From a virus, in IMG/VR virus record IMGVR_UViG_3300034190_002630: DNA of 64,000 nucleotides, one strand, 5' to 3'. The notes beneath the pieces are model-generated. The model was not told where the DNA came from. It did no database searches and worked only from the letters and a program-made list of their open reading frames with translations. This document shows positions 39,102-49,223 of the stretch, piece by piece. A program made the translations under genes and the position numbers. Within the stretch, counting starts at the first letter, position 1, and each line of letters begins with the position of its first letter.

Positions 39102-40115
39102 ATGTATTTAGAGCAAAAGTATCTACTTTTGATTTCATCACAATTAGGCCAATTTAAAAAGAAAGATAATAATCTATTTAACTTTCGTTGTCCGTATTGT
39201 GGTGATTCTCAAAAAAGTAAAAGTAAAGCAAGAGGATATGTTTTTCAAAAAGAAAACTCTTTAATTTACAAGTGTCATAACTGTGGAGTTGGAACAAATG
39301 TTCCTAAGTTGATAAAACATGTAAATGAAACTTTGTATAATGAGTTCATAACGGAGGCATATCGTGCTGAGATTCCACAAGACCCTGCAAGAGGGATAAG
39401 GATAAATGAAGAAGAATTATCCCCAACTGTTAAGAACCTGTTAAAAAGTTCTAGTTCAAAATTAAGAAGTTTAAAAAAAGTTTCACAATTAGATCATGAT
39501 CACCCAGTAAAAAAGTTTGTCGAGGATAGAAAGATTCCGTCAGATAAACATTATCTACTTTATTTCGCACCACACTTTTATAAGTTTGTAAATACAATTA
39601 TTGATAATAAGTTTCCTAGTCTGACGGGTGATCATCCTAGATTAGTGATTCCATTTTTTAATGAAAATAATGAATTAATCGCTATTCAAGGGAGGGCATT
39701 TGGAAATGAAAATCCTAAATACATCACAATCAAAATCGATGAAAATCAAGAGAAAATATACGGAACTGATAGAGTCGATTGGGATAGAACAGTTTGTGTT
39801 GTTGAAGGCCCTATTGATAGCCTTTTTATTGATAATTGTCTTGCGACTGCTCAATCTGACCTAAGAGTGTATAAAGATAACGTTGTGTTGATACCTGATA
39901 ATGAACCAAGAAACTTAGAGATTGTAAAACAAATTGAAAAATATATTAATGAAAACTTTCAAGTTGTTATATGGCCAAGTGATATTAAACAAAAAGATAT
40001 AAACGAAATGATTTTATCTGGTAAAACAGAAAGAAACATAAAAGATATAATAGCACAAAACACATTTAGTGGTTTGTTGGCAAGAACAAAATTAATTGAG
40101 TGGAAAAAAGTTTGA
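39102..40115 (+). CDS. gp61: DNA primase (T4 gp61)
   Basis: Zn ribbon CPYCGDS...CHNC, TOPRIM VEGPIDS, DNEPRN, KDINEM. Confidence 0.95.
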   Translation: MYLEQKYLLLISSQLGQFKKKDNNLFNFRCPYCGDSQKSKSKARGYVFQKENSLIYKCHNCGVGTNVPKLIKHVNETLYNEFITEAYRAEIPQDPARGIRINEEELSPTVKNLLKSSSSKLRSLKKVSQLDHDHPVKKFVEDRKIPSDKHYLLYFAPHFYKFVNTIIDNKFPSLTGDHPRLVIPFFNENNELIAIQGRAFGNENPKYITIKIDENQEKIYGTDRVDWDRTVCVVEGPIDSLFIDNCLATAQSDLRVYKDNVVLIPDNEPRNLEIVKQIEKYINENFQVVIWPSDIKQKDINEMILSGKTERNIKDIIAQNTFSGLLARTKLIEWKKV

Positions 40116-41176
40116 CGTACTGTGTAAAAGCATTTGATGAAATATATTCTGATAGCGCTAATCGATATAGATTATGTTGTCATGCAGATGTAAATAAATC
40201 AATAAGTCACATGACGACTGAGAATACTTTACCATTCGATTATTTTTTATCAAGTCAAATGGAAAAAATTCGTGATGATATGTTTGAGGGTAAAAAGATT
40301 AACGGTTGTGAAGGTTGTTATAAAGATGAAGAAATAAATGGGCATAGTCATAGAACAAAATTTAATGAAGACTCAAATTACAATGCCGCAGATGTTACAA
40401 AAGTTAGCACTAAATTAAAAAATTTTGGTAGTCGTTGTAATCTTGGTTGTTATATGTGTCGTCCATATGACTCATCAACAAGAAGACAAGAATTAAAAGC
40501 CGCAGGTTTGATTGATACATGGAATGATCTTGGTTTAGTTGAATTTGAAAGAGAATGGGTTAGTAATGTGTCATCAAAAGATGTTGAAAAATTTAATCAA
40601 AATATATTAGATAACATAGACAGGGTTAGACAAATTAGAATACTTGGTGGTGAACCTGTATTGTTGGATAGAGTTTGGCAATTTTTAGATGATATAAAAT
40701 CCGAAGATGCAAAAAATATTGAGATAGAGATGACCACTAATTTAACACACATTTCATATAAAAATTGGTCATTAAAATCAATTGATAAAAAGTTTAAAAA
40801 TTTAAAGTTGGGTGTATCTTGTGATCACTTTGGTAAAAAACTTGAGTTCATAAGATATCCAATTGACGTGCAAGAGTTTGAAAAAAATCTTATGATTATG
40901 AAAGATAATGTTTTTACAATTTTTTGTACAGTGAGTATTTTGAATGCATTTGATTTGAAAGAGATTAAGGAATATTATAAAGATTTTAGAGTTTGGTTTG
41001 AACCAGTGAATAGTCCAGCATCTTTGTCTATAAAAAATTTACCAAACAAAGATGAGATTGAATACATTCCAAATGAACTTATAAAAAATGAACTTATGAA
41101 ACCAAAAAATAATGATGAGTACAAAAAGGGAATTGCATATATACAAGCGTTGCAAAATCATAGGAGAGGCGTATGA
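40100..41176 (+). CDS. Radical SAM protein with N-terminal twitch/SPASM-like cysteines
   Basis: LCC...CEGCY, CNLGCYMC, GGEP, TTN; start codon uncertain. Confidence 0.85.
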   Translation: MEKSLTYCVKAFDEIYSDSANRYRLCCHADVNKSISHMTTENTLPFDYFLSSQMEKIRDDMFEGKKINGCEGCYKDEEINGHSHRTKFNEDSNYNAADVTKVSTKLKNFGSRCNLGCYMCRPYDSSTRRQELKAAGLIDTWNDLGLVEFEREWVSNVSSKDVEKFNQNILDNIDRVRQIRILGGEPVLLDRVWQFLDDIKSEDAKNIEIEMTTNLTHISYKNWSLKSIDKKFKNLKLGVSCDHFGKKLEFIRYPIDVQEFEKNLMIMKDNVFTIFCTVSILNAFDLKEIKEYYKDFRVWFEPVNSPASLSIKNLPNKDEIEYIPNELIKNELMKPKNNDEYKKGIAYIQALQNHRRGV

Positions 41177-42936
41177 AGAAACAGTATTGTAATATCAAAA
41201 TTGATACAGATCGAGATCAAAACTTCACAGAACAAGCACAAAAATTACTAAAAGATTATTACTGTCTAAAAGATGAACCATCACCACAATACGCACTTGC
41301 AAGGGCATCTAACGCATACTGTTATGGTGATATTAAACTTGCACAAAGAATTTATGATTATGCATCTCAAGGTTGGTTTATGTATGCTTCCCCTGTTTTA
41401 TCTAATGCACCATTACCAAATAAAAAACCAAAAGCATTACCGATTTCTTGTTTTTTAACATATGTACCAGATTCTCTAGACGGACTAATTGATCACACAT
41501 CTGAATTAAGATGGTTATCTGTAAAGGGTGGTGGAGTAGGAGGTCATTGGTCAAATGTACGTTCTGTTTCAGACATGGCACCTGGTCCGATTCCATTCAT
41601 ACATACAGTTGATGCAGACATGATTGCATATCGACAAGGTAAAACTAGAAAAGGAAGTTATGCAGCTTATCTTGATGTATCACACCCAGATATTATGGAG
41701 TTCTTGACAATACGTATTCCAACAGGTGACATCGGTAGAAAATGTTTGAATTTACATAACGCAGTAAATGTAACAGACAAATTTATGGATGCAGTAAAAA
41801 GAGATTTAGATTGGCAATTAGTTGATCCTAATGATGGCACAGTTAGAGAAACAATGAAAGCAAGAAAATTATGGGAACAAATTTTAGAAACAAGATTTAG
41901 AACAGGTGAGCCTTATGTTAACTTTATTGATACTGCAAACAAACATATGCCAGAATCACTAAAAGAAAAAGGATTAAAAATACATGGTTCAAATCTTTGT
42001 AATGAAATACATTTACCAACAAGTGAAGACAGAACTGCTGTTTGTTGTCTTTCATCATTGAACTTAGAAAAGTATGATGAGTTTAAAGATACAACAATCG
42101 TAAGAGACTTGATCACATTTTTAGATAATGTATTACAGTTCTTCGTTGATCATGCAGGTGATGAAATTAGTCGTGCAAGATATTCAGCACAACAAGAAAG
42201 AAGTCTTGGTTTAGGTGCGATGGGTTATCATTCATATTTACAAAAACACATGATACCATTTGAAGAATCTGGTCGTATTAACAAAGAAATTTTTTCATGG
42301 ATGAGAAGTGAAGCAGATGCTCAAACATTGATTCTTGGAAAAGAAAAAGGAGAAGCACCAGATATGAAGGGAACAGGAAGACGTAATGCACACTGTCTGG
42401 CGATTGCTCCTAATGCCAATTCTTCAATGATTGTTGGAACATCACCATCTATCGAGCCAAACAAAGCGTGTGCATATACTCATCGAACAAGAGCAGGTTC
42501 ACACTTAATCAAGAATAAATTTCTTGAAAAAGTTCTTGAAGATCATAAGATGAACACACCTGAAGTTTGGACAGGAATCGTAACAAACAATGGTTCTGTT
42601 CAACACTTAGAATTTTTAGATGAAAATACAAAAAAGGTTTTTAAAACTGCTGTTGAATTAGATCAAATGAGATTAGTTGAGTTGGGAGGTCAAAGACAAA
42701 AGTATCTTGATCAAGGACAATCACTAAATTTATTTTTTCCAGCAGGTGCTTCTAAAAAGTATGTACAATCTGTACATATGAGAGCATGGGAAACAGAATG
42801 TAAAGGTCTTTATTATTTAAGGACTGAAGTTTCGAAAAGAGCAGAGAATATCTCTCAAAAAGTAAAACTAGATAAACTAAAAGACTACTCAGACATAGCA
42901 AAAGAAGAGGCAGAATGTGTCTCTTGTCAAGGATAA
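41173..42936 (+). CDS. nrdA: Ribonucleotide reductase class Ia alpha subunit (no ATP cone)
   Basis: PISCF, SNLCNEI, VCCL, IAPNANSS, LYYLR, C-terminal CVSCQG. Confidence 0.95.
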   Translation: MKKQYCNIKIDTDRDQNFTEQAQKLLKDYYCLKDEPSPQYALARASNAYCYGDIKLAQRIYDYASQGWFMYASPVLSNAPLPNKKPKALPISCFLTYVPDSLDGLIDHTSELRWLSVKGGGVGGHWSNVRSVSDMAPGPIPFIHTVDADMIAYRQGKTRKGSYAAYLDVSHPDIMEFLTIRIPTGDIGRKCLNLHNAVNVTDKFMDAVKRDLDWQLVDPNDGTVRETMKARKLWEQILETRFRTGEPYVNFIDTANKHMPESLKEKGLKIHGSNLCNEIHLPTSEDRTAVCCLSSLNLEKYDEFKDTTIVRDLITFLDNVLQFFVDHAGDEISRARYSAQQERSLGLGAMGYHSYLQKHMIPFEESGRINKEIFSWMRSEADAQTLILGKEKGEAPDMKGTGRRNAHCLAIAPNANSSMIVGTSPSIEPNKACAYTHRTRAGSHLIKNKFLEKVLEDHKMNTPEVWTGIVTNNGSVQHLEFLDENTKKVFKTAVELDQMRLVELGGQRQKYLDQGQSLNLFFPAGASKKYVQSVHMRAWETECKGLYYLRTEVSKRAENISQKVKLDKLKDYSDIAKEEAECVSCQG

Positions 42937-42948
42937 AAGGAGAAAGAA

Positions 42949-44262
42949 ATGGACGTACAAATATACTCAACGCCAACATGTGGCTATTGCTTAAATGCAA
43001 AAAATTGGTTTAAGGAACATGGTATCGAATATACCGAACATTCCTTAGTGAATGAAGAGGAAAAATTTGAATTTTTTCAAAGAGTGAATAATGTTGAAGA
43101 AAGACTTGGTAGTAAAGCAAGTTCAATTATGTCTGTTCCTCAAATCTTTGTTAATGGTGAAAGAATCGGTGGATATGCTCAACTGTTAGATAGTTCAGAA
43201 AAGATTCTAAAAAAACGTGGTGGTGGACTATACAAGTTCTCTGAAACTTACAAGCCATTTTATTATCCTTGGGCTGTCGAGTTTGTACAAAAACATGAAA
43301 AGGTGCATTGGATCGAAGACGAAGTTGATTTATCTGAAGATGTAACTGATTGGAAAGGTGGAAAGATGACCGAAGTTGAAAAAGACTATGTCACACATGT
43401 TCTTAGACTTTTCACACAATCAGATGTTGCAGTTGGTCAAAACTATTACGATCAGTTCCTACCTAAATTTAAAAATAATGAGATAAGAAATATGCTTGGA
43501 TCATTTGCTTCAAGAGAAGGAATACATCAAAGAGCATATGCATTATTGAATGAAACTTTAGGATTACCTGATGAAGAGTTTCATGCATTTCTAGAATATC
43601 AAGAGATGGCAGACAAAGTTGACTTCATGATGAATTCTAACGTAAGTACAAAGAAAGGCATGGCGTTAGCACTTGCTAAATCAGTATTTAACGAGGGTAT
43701 TTCATTGTTTGCATCTTTTGTGATGTTACTAAACTTCCAAAGATTCGGTAAGATGAAAGGATGTGGTAAAATCGTAGAATGGTCAGTAAGAGATGAATCA
43801 ATGCACGTAGAAGGTATTGCTCACTTATTCAGAGCATTCTGTTCAGAAAATGCGGCAATCGTAGATAATGAATTGAAAAAAGAAATCTATGAGATGTCTA
43901 GAAAAATTGTAGAACTTGAAGATAACTTTATTGACTTAGCATACGGAATGGGTGAACCAGAAGGTTTAACTAAAGAAGATGTAAAACAATATATTCGTTA
44001 TATTGCAGACAGACGATTATTACAACTCGGTCTAAAAACAAACTTCAAAGTAAAAGATAATCCAATTCCATGGTTAGAGTGGATTTTAAATGCAGCCGAT
44101 CACACAAACTTCTTTGAGAATCGTGTAACTGAATATGAAGTTGCAGGTTTGACAGGTGAGTGGCAAGTTGCATACGATGATCCAAATGCTCATTTAAATT
44201 GTAACCATGATGAAGGTACATGTGTACTTGAAGAAGAAAAGAAACAACAGGAACTATTCTAA
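42949..44262 (+). CDS. nrdB: Glutaredoxin-NrdB fusion (RNR class Ia beta subunit)
   Basis: N-terminal CGYC...VPQIF..GGY glutaredoxin; FTQSD, REGIH..AY, NEG, RDESMH, NFFE. Confidence 0.93.
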   Translation: MDVQIYSTPTCGYCLNAKNWFKEHGIEYTEHSLVNEEEKFEFFQRVNNVEERLGSKASSIMSVPQIFVNGERIGGYAQLLDSSEKILKKRGGGLYKFSETYKPFYYPWAVEFVQKHEKVHWIEDEVDLSEDVTDWKGGKMTEVEKDYVTHVLRLFTQSDVAVGQNYYDQFLPKFKNNEIRNMLGSFASREGIHQRAYALLNETLGLPDEEFHAFLEYQEMADKVDFMMNSNVSTKKGMALALAKSVFNEGISLFASFVMLLNFQRFGKMKGCGKIVEWSVRDESMHVEGIAHLFRAFCSENAAIVDNELKKEIYEMSRKIVELEDNFIDLAYGMGEPEGLTKEDVKQYIRYIADRRLLQLGLKTNFKVKDNPIPWLEWILNAADHTNFFENRVTEYEVAGLTGEWQVAYDDPNAHLNCNHDEGTCVLEEEKKQQELF

Positions 44263-44411
44263 TGAAAACAAGAATCTTATGTGAAGAATGCGAAGCTACA
44301 TATGAGATAAAGCACAGCATGGACGAGAACTATTATCCAATAGAATATTGTCCATTCTGTGGTTCCCAACAAGATAATGAAGAATATTATGAAGAGGAAG
44401 TTGATGAATGA
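44262..44411 (+). CDS. 49-aa zinc-ribbon protein (not in ORF track)
   Basis: MKTRILCEECEATYEIKHSMDENYYPIEYCPFCGSQQDNEEYYEEEVDE; start and stop overlap neighbours. Confidence 0.75.
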   Translation: MKTRILCEECEATYEIKHSMDENYYPIEYCPFCGSQQDNEEYYEEEVDE

Positions 44412-44767
44412 AAACACAATCGGCCAAAGCAAAAGGTCGTAGATTACAACAATGGTTTCGTGATTTACTGATTGAAAAATTAAATATTCATTCTGAAGAT
44501 ATAGAATCTAGGAGCATGGGTGCAGGTGGTGAGGATTTGATTATGTCAAGATCTGCAAGACATCATTTTCCATATAGTATTGAATGTAAAAATGTTGAAA
44601 AGTTAAATGTGTGGGAAGCATACAAACAAGCAAAAGAAAACTCTAAAGACTATGAACCTATTGTTGTTATGAAAAAAAATAATCACAGACCTTTAGTTGT
44701 CGTTGATGCTGAACATTTTGTAAAAATATATGAAGATTGGACGCATGACGTTTTAAATGATGAATGA
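44408..44767 (+). CDS. Holliday junction resolvase-like PD-(D/E)xK nuclease
   Basis: KAKGRRLQ, GED, SIECKN. Confidence 0.75.
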   Translation: MKTQSAKAKGRRLQQWFRDLLIEKLNIHSEDIESRSMGAGGEDLIMSRSARHHFPYSIECKNVEKLNVWEAYKQAKENSKDYEPIVVMKKNNHRPLVVVDAEHFVKIYEDWTHDVLNDE

Positions 44768-44921
44768 TAAATTAGATAAGATTGAAAAGAGACTAGATAA
44801 TCTAGAAAAAAAAATAGATCATCTAACAAAAACTCTTGACAAACATATAAAGTTTATAGATAATACTTATGAAGGATTACGTAATCCTATTGATAGTGTG
44901 AAAAGATGGTTAAGTAAGTGA
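44760..44921 (+). CDS. 53-aa coiled-coil protein (not in ORF track)
   Basis: MNDKLDKIEKRLDNLEKKIDHL...; fills gap, overlaps both neighbours. Confidence 0.6.
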   Translation: MNDKLDKIEKRLDNLEKKIDHLTKTLDKHIKFIDNTYEGLRNPIDSVKRWLSK

Positions 44922-45466
44922 CAATAGAACAATACAAAATATATCATAAATTAGACGGAAAGTATGGCGATGGCCAGATGATCCTATCTTATTATAATCA
45001 AATAAAAGGTCTGATTGATGATACAAAATCACAGTCATTATTAGACTTTGGTTGTGGAAAAGCAAAAATCTATAAAAAAGTAAATCTTGCAGAAAAGTTT
45101 GGAATGATGCCAGACTTATATGACCCTGCGATTGAAGAATACTCTGAACTTCCAAATAAACAATATGATGGTGTTTTTTGTTGTGATGTCATGGAACATA
45201 TACCGGAAATCGAAGTACCTGGTGTTATTGAACAAATTTATGAAAGAGCAAACAAGTTTGTTTTCTTTGCAATCGCTACCGACCCTGCGATGGCAGTTCT
45301 ACCTAATGGGGAAAATGCTCATTGTACCACTAAACCAATAGAGTGGTGGGAAGAGATAATTAATAAAAATGCGCCTAAAAAGGTTTATTCACATGTGTTA
45401 TTAACAGGAAAGTTTGAAAACTATTCTATATTGAATGAGGAATTATATCTTGAAACATTATTCTAA
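44918..45466 (+). CDS. Class I SAM-dependent methyltransferase
   Basis: LLDFGCGK, YDP, DVMEHIP. Confidence 0.85.
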   Translation: MTIEQYKIYHKLDGKYGDGQMILSYYNQIKGLIDDTKSQSLLDFGCGKAKIYKKVNLAEKFGMMPDLYDPAIEEYSELPNKQYDGVFCCDVMEHIPEIEVPGVIEQIYERANKFVFFAIATDPAMAVLPNGENAHCTTKPIEWWEEIINKNAPKKVYSHVLLTGKFENYSILNEELYLETLF

Positions 45467-46040
45467 AATACTTGTATTATCGGCACACCCCGATGATTTA
45501 GAAATATCATGTGGTGGAACAGTCGCAAAGTTTGTAGATGAAGGAACTAAAGTAGATAACATTATTTTATGTTCAAACGTAAAACATAAAAAATATGTTG
45601 CATCATCATCAAAAATTTTAGGATACAGTCCAATATATTTAAATCATAGGGATGAATCGCCGACAAGTAACGTCATCTCAGAGATAGAAAAAAAAGTTGA
45701 CGTAGAATCATATGATTTACTAATTACACATTGGAGTGAAGATTGGCATCAAGATCACAGATTTTGTCATGAATTAGGTAATTCATTAAGAAGAAAACAA
45801 CAACTTGATGTATGGTATATGAATGCATATCCCTATTGTCAAAAATATAAAAGTTTTGAAGCAAACTTATTTGTAGATATTACAAGATACAAATTTAAGA
45901 AACTAGACGCAATATCACTGTATGATAATGTGCCAGATGAATATTACATAGGGATCGATAGCATGTCTAGATATCGAGGATCATTTGTACATGTAAAACA
46001 CGCTGAGGTATTTAAAGTTGATACATTATTGTATTGTTAA
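45435..46040 (+). CDS. PIG-L/LmbE-family N-deacetylase
   Basis: SAHPDDLE..CGG, TH...D.HQDH. Confidence 0.88.
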   Translation: MRNYILKHYSKILVLSAHPDDLEISCGGTVAKFVDEGTKVDNIILCSNVKHKKYVASSSKILGYSPIYLNHRDESPTSNVISEIEKKVDVESYDLLITHWSEDWHQDHRFCHELGNSLRRKQQLDVWYMNAYPYCQKYKSFEANLFVDITRYKFKKLDAISLYDNVPDEYYIGIDSMSRYRGSFVHVKHAEVFKVDTLLYC

Positions 46041-46746
46041 ATATGGTAATGAGTGTCATTATCAAAACGTTGAAGAACTACTTGAAAATATCACAGAACC
46101 TGTTCATGATAGTTGTCTTGATATAAAGTTTCATTTACTTACTGACAAACCTGTAGATATTCCATATATTAATAATATTAATTATGATAAAGATGATGTT
46201 AAAGTTCATACACATTGGAAGAAGTTACAGTTTTTTGATCCAAAATTTATTGGTGCCAGTAGAACTGATCAAACAATTGTGTCTGACTTAGATATGATAT
46301 GGAATAAAAATCCAACTGATATAGTTCAACATCATGTAAAAAAGAAAACATTATTATCAGTAGATAGATGGTGGAAAAAAGATAATGATGTATGTAGAAT
46401 GTGTGGAACATTTTACAAATTTAATTCACATGATTTTAAATATATTCCAAAAGTCTATAATAAACACTATGAATATTTTAGAGAATATTATGCTTTGCAT
46501 GAAGATGCAGGTTCTACAAGAATTGTTGGAGGTGAACAAAACTTCGTACAAGAAATGATAGAACTTACAGGAACAATTGAACTCATGCCTCCAACATTTG
46601 TTATGAAATCTAATTGGCCAAAAGATAATAAAGATTATGATTTACAAAATGTTTTCATAGAAAGATTTGAAAGTGCAACTGGTTTGAATTATTATGATTG
46701 TTGGGATTCGGCAATTTTACAAATTGTTAAACGAGGTGGATACTAA
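46018..46746 (+). CDS. GT-A glycosyltransferase-like protein
   Basis: LTD, W.KL.FF, SDLD, GEQNF; start uncertain. Confidence 0.6.
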   Translation: MIHYCIVKYGNECHYQNVEELLENITEPVHDSCLDIKFHLLTDKPVDIPYINNINYDKDDVKVHTHWKKLQFFDPKFIGASRTDQTIVSDLDMIWNKNPTDIVQHHVKKKTLLSVDRWWKKDNDVCRMCGTFYKFNSHDFKYIPKVYNKHYEYFREYYALHEDAGSTRIVGGEQNFVQEMIELTGTIELMPPTFVMKSNWPKDNKDYDLQNVFIERFESATGLNYYDCWDSAILQIVKRGGY

Positions 46747-46757
46747 TATATAGTAAC

Positions 46758-47039
46758 ATGGATTTATTCTTTCAAATACTTACACAGTTTGGTTTACCTG
46801 TTGCGGCTGCAATCACAATGGGATTATTCATTTACATCATCCTAAAGTATATTTTAGCAGGTGTTGTTGATCAAGTAAAAACAATTACAGGTATCATTGC
46901 ACAATTAGATAATCGTATCAAGACAATGAATCATGATATGATTAAATTAGATTTATTAGTATCTCATGCATTACATCTCAAACCAGATTTAGATAGATTA
47001 TCACGATCTGATGGTAAGGAAGATGCACGAAAGGACTAA
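46758..47039 (+). CDS. Small membrane protein, paralog 1
   Basis: QFGLP.AAA..MG.FIY TM, then L.NRI..MN.D. Confidence 0.7.
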   Translation: MDLFFQILTQFGLPVAAAITMGLFIYIILKYILAGVVDQVKTITGIIAQLDNRIKTMNHDMIKLDLLVSHALHLKPDLDRLSRSDGKEDARKD

Positions 47040-47296
47040 TGGACGTTTTACAAATACTTGAACAATATGGTTTCGCAACATTGGCAGCTGTTGCCATGGG
47101 TTATTTTATCTACTTTATTTACAATTATGTGACAACACAAATCATTGAAAAGTTAGATAACACAATGAAAGTGTTGATAGCTCTTATCGATAGGGTCAGA
47201 ATGTTAGATAATGACATTATTAGACTACGTTCTAAACTGAATACTGCACTAGAAATGCGAGAAAACGAGGATAAAGAAGACAAAACAGATAAATAG
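47039..47296 (+). CDS. Small membrane protein, paralog 2
   Basis: QYGF..LAA..MGYFIY TM, then LIDRVRMLDND. Confidence 0.7.
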   Translation: MDVLQILEQYGFATLAAVAMGYFIYFIYNYVTTQIIEKLDNTMKVLIALIDRVRMLDNDIIRLRSKLNTALEMRENEDKEDKTDK

Positions 47297-47303
47297 AAAC
47301 GTT

Positions 47304-47741
47304 ATGAGAACGTTATTTATACTGTTTTTTTGTGTTTCTGTGTCGGCCAGCGAACTAGTACATGATTTTAATAATCCTAGTTTTTCTGGTCAAGGATACT
47401 CATCTCATGTTCTATCAATAGAACAATTACAGTTTACGAGAAAAGAACAGATAAAAGATGATATTGAAGCGGCAGAACGTGATGCCAAACGAGAAGAAGA
47501 AAACGAAACAGTAAATCGTTTTCTTGCAAACTTAGAATCACGTATCTATGCGAATTTATCAAAACAATTAGTTGATAATATGTTCGCTGAAGATGGCGCT
47601 AATACAGGAACAGCAGAGATTGAAGGAGCAGAAATCTATTGGGAAAAGGATACCGACTTAGGAACTATTATGATTAGAGTGACTGAAGAAGATGGTACCG
47701 TGACAACTGTAACAGTTCCAATTGGTGATTTTGGGTTTTAA
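47304..47741 (+). CDS. csgF: Curli assembly protein CsgF
   Basis: Signal peptide, ELV..F.NPSF.G, F...LESRIY..LS. Confidence 0.85.
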   Translation: MRTLFILFFCVSVSASELVHDFNNPSFSGQGYSSHVLSIEQLQFTRKEQIKDDIEAAERDAKREEENETVNRFLANLESRIYANLSKQLVDNMFAEDGANTGTAEIEGAEIYWEKDTDLGTIMIRVTEEDGTVTTVTVPIGDFGF

Positions 47742-48508
47742 TGATTAAATGGTTACTTGTATTCTTTCTCTTAACAGGTTGTGTAACAGGACCTAAGACA
47801 TTTGATTATGAACCACCAAAGGTTTCACAATCAGTTTTAGATTTACAGGCAGTACCACAATTAGACGGACCGCCGATCACAGTTGCAGTTTATACTTTCT
47901 TTGATAAAACAGGTCAAAGAAAACCAAGTGAAAAGTTTAGTCAACTAAGTACCGCAGTGACACAAGGTGCTGAAGTTTGGGTAATACAAACACTTCAAGA
48001 GGTTGGTAATGGTACTTGGTTTAAAGTTGTTGAAAGAAGTGGTTTAGATAATTTAATTAAAGAACGACAATTGATTCGTTCAACACGTGAACAATATGAA
48101 GAAGGCGATAAACAATTAAAACCATTGTTATTTGCTGGATTGATTATTGAGGGTGGAATTATTGGATATGATTCCAATATAGTAAGTGGAGGAGCAGGTG
48201 CTCGATATTTGGGTATTGGTGCCACTCAACAATATAAAGTTGATAATGTTACTGTGTCAATGAGGGTAGTTAGTGTTTCAACTGGTGAAGTATTACTAAC
48301 AGTTGCGACAGAAAAAACTATTGCATCTCATGCTACAAGTGCCGATGTATTTCGATTTGTAGATATGGGAACTACTGCTGTCGAAGTGGAAACAGGTGTT
48401 GCAACGAATGAACCTGTTAACTATGCAGTGAGAGCTGCTATAGAACAAGGTATTATGGAATTAATAGGACAAGGAGTAGATAAGGAAGTTTGGAAATATA
48501 AGGAGTAA
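47741..48508 (+). CDS. csgG: Curli secretion channel lipoprotein CsgG
   Basis: Lipobox LTGC, VAVY.F.DKTGQRK, STAVTQG, WF.VVER.GL.NL.KERQ.IR, EGGIIGYD, NEP. Confidence 0.93.
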   Translation: MIKWLLVFFLLTGCVTGPKTFDYEPPKVSQSVLDLQAVPQLDGPPITVAVYTFFDKTGQRKPSEKFSQLSTAVTQGAEVWVIQTLQEVGNGTWFKVVERSGLDNLIKERQLIRSTREQYEEGDKQLKPLLFAGLIIEGGIIGYDSNIVSGGAGARYLGIGATQQYKVDNVTVSMRVVSVSTGEVLLTVATEKTIASHATSADVFRFVDMGTTAVEVETGVATNEPVNYAVRAAIEQGIMELIGQGVDKEVWKYKE

Positions 48509-48512
48509 ATAA

Positions 48513-49223
48513 ATGATAAACAAGACGTTAATTTTATTATTGACGTTGTTTTGTGGGTCAATTTACGCAAATGATATTTATATAGAACAGGTTGGTGACA
48601 ATCTTGATTTGGACATCGTACAAGACGGACAGAATAACGAGATTGGTGATTCAACAACAGACATGACTTTAAATGGTGATAATATGACATTTAGTATTAC
48701 ACAAACAGGTAATACAAATACAATAGATGCGATAATTAAAGGAAGTTCATATACAGGAACTTGGTCATTTACAGGTGATTCAAATACTGTGGACTTATTG
48801 TGTAGTTCGACATCATCAGGTAATTGTGATAATGTCACATTAAACATTACTACATCAGGTGATGATAACACATTTGATTTTGATATAGGTGAAGTTGCAG
48901 ACGCAGATGGTTCTACTGTATCATTTACATTAACAGGTGATCACAATGTAACGAATGTTGATGTAGATGGCCAAAGTGCTTCTGTTACTGTAACAGTTGA
49001 CAATTCATCATCATTATCAACAAATTCGACAAACTCAGATGAGGGCGTTGCGATGAATATTGATGTTGACGGAAATGGTGATGTAAACGGACACACGATA
49101 CTTGTAGATATTACAGGTGGTGGTGGAACCCTTGACATTACGCAGTCTGGCGTGTATGATAATAACATAGATTTAGATGTAACAGGTGACGATTTTGATA
49201 TTGATATTACACAAAGTGACTAA
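48513..49223 (+). CDS. Secreted curlin-like repeat protein
   Basis: Signal peptide; IEQVGD, IVQDGQNN, ITQTGNTN (QxGxxN-type) repeats. Confidence 0.7.
   Translation: MINKTLILLLTLFCGSIYANDIYIEQVGDNLDLDIVQDGQNNEIGDSTTDMTLNGDNMTFSITQTGNTNTIDAIIKGSSYTGTWSFTGDSNTVDLLCSSTSSGNCDNVTLNITTSGDDNTFDFDIGEVADADGSTVSFTLTGDHNVTNVDVDGQSASVTVTVDNSSSLSTNSTNSDEGVAMNIDVDGNGDVNGHTILVDITGGGGTLDITQSGVYDNNIDLDVTGDDFDIDITQSD

Noticed and set aside
11051-44262. Introns or inteins in gp43, uvsX, gp41, nrdA, nrdB
   Set aside because: All ORFs are continuous and of normal length with no homing endonuclease motifs
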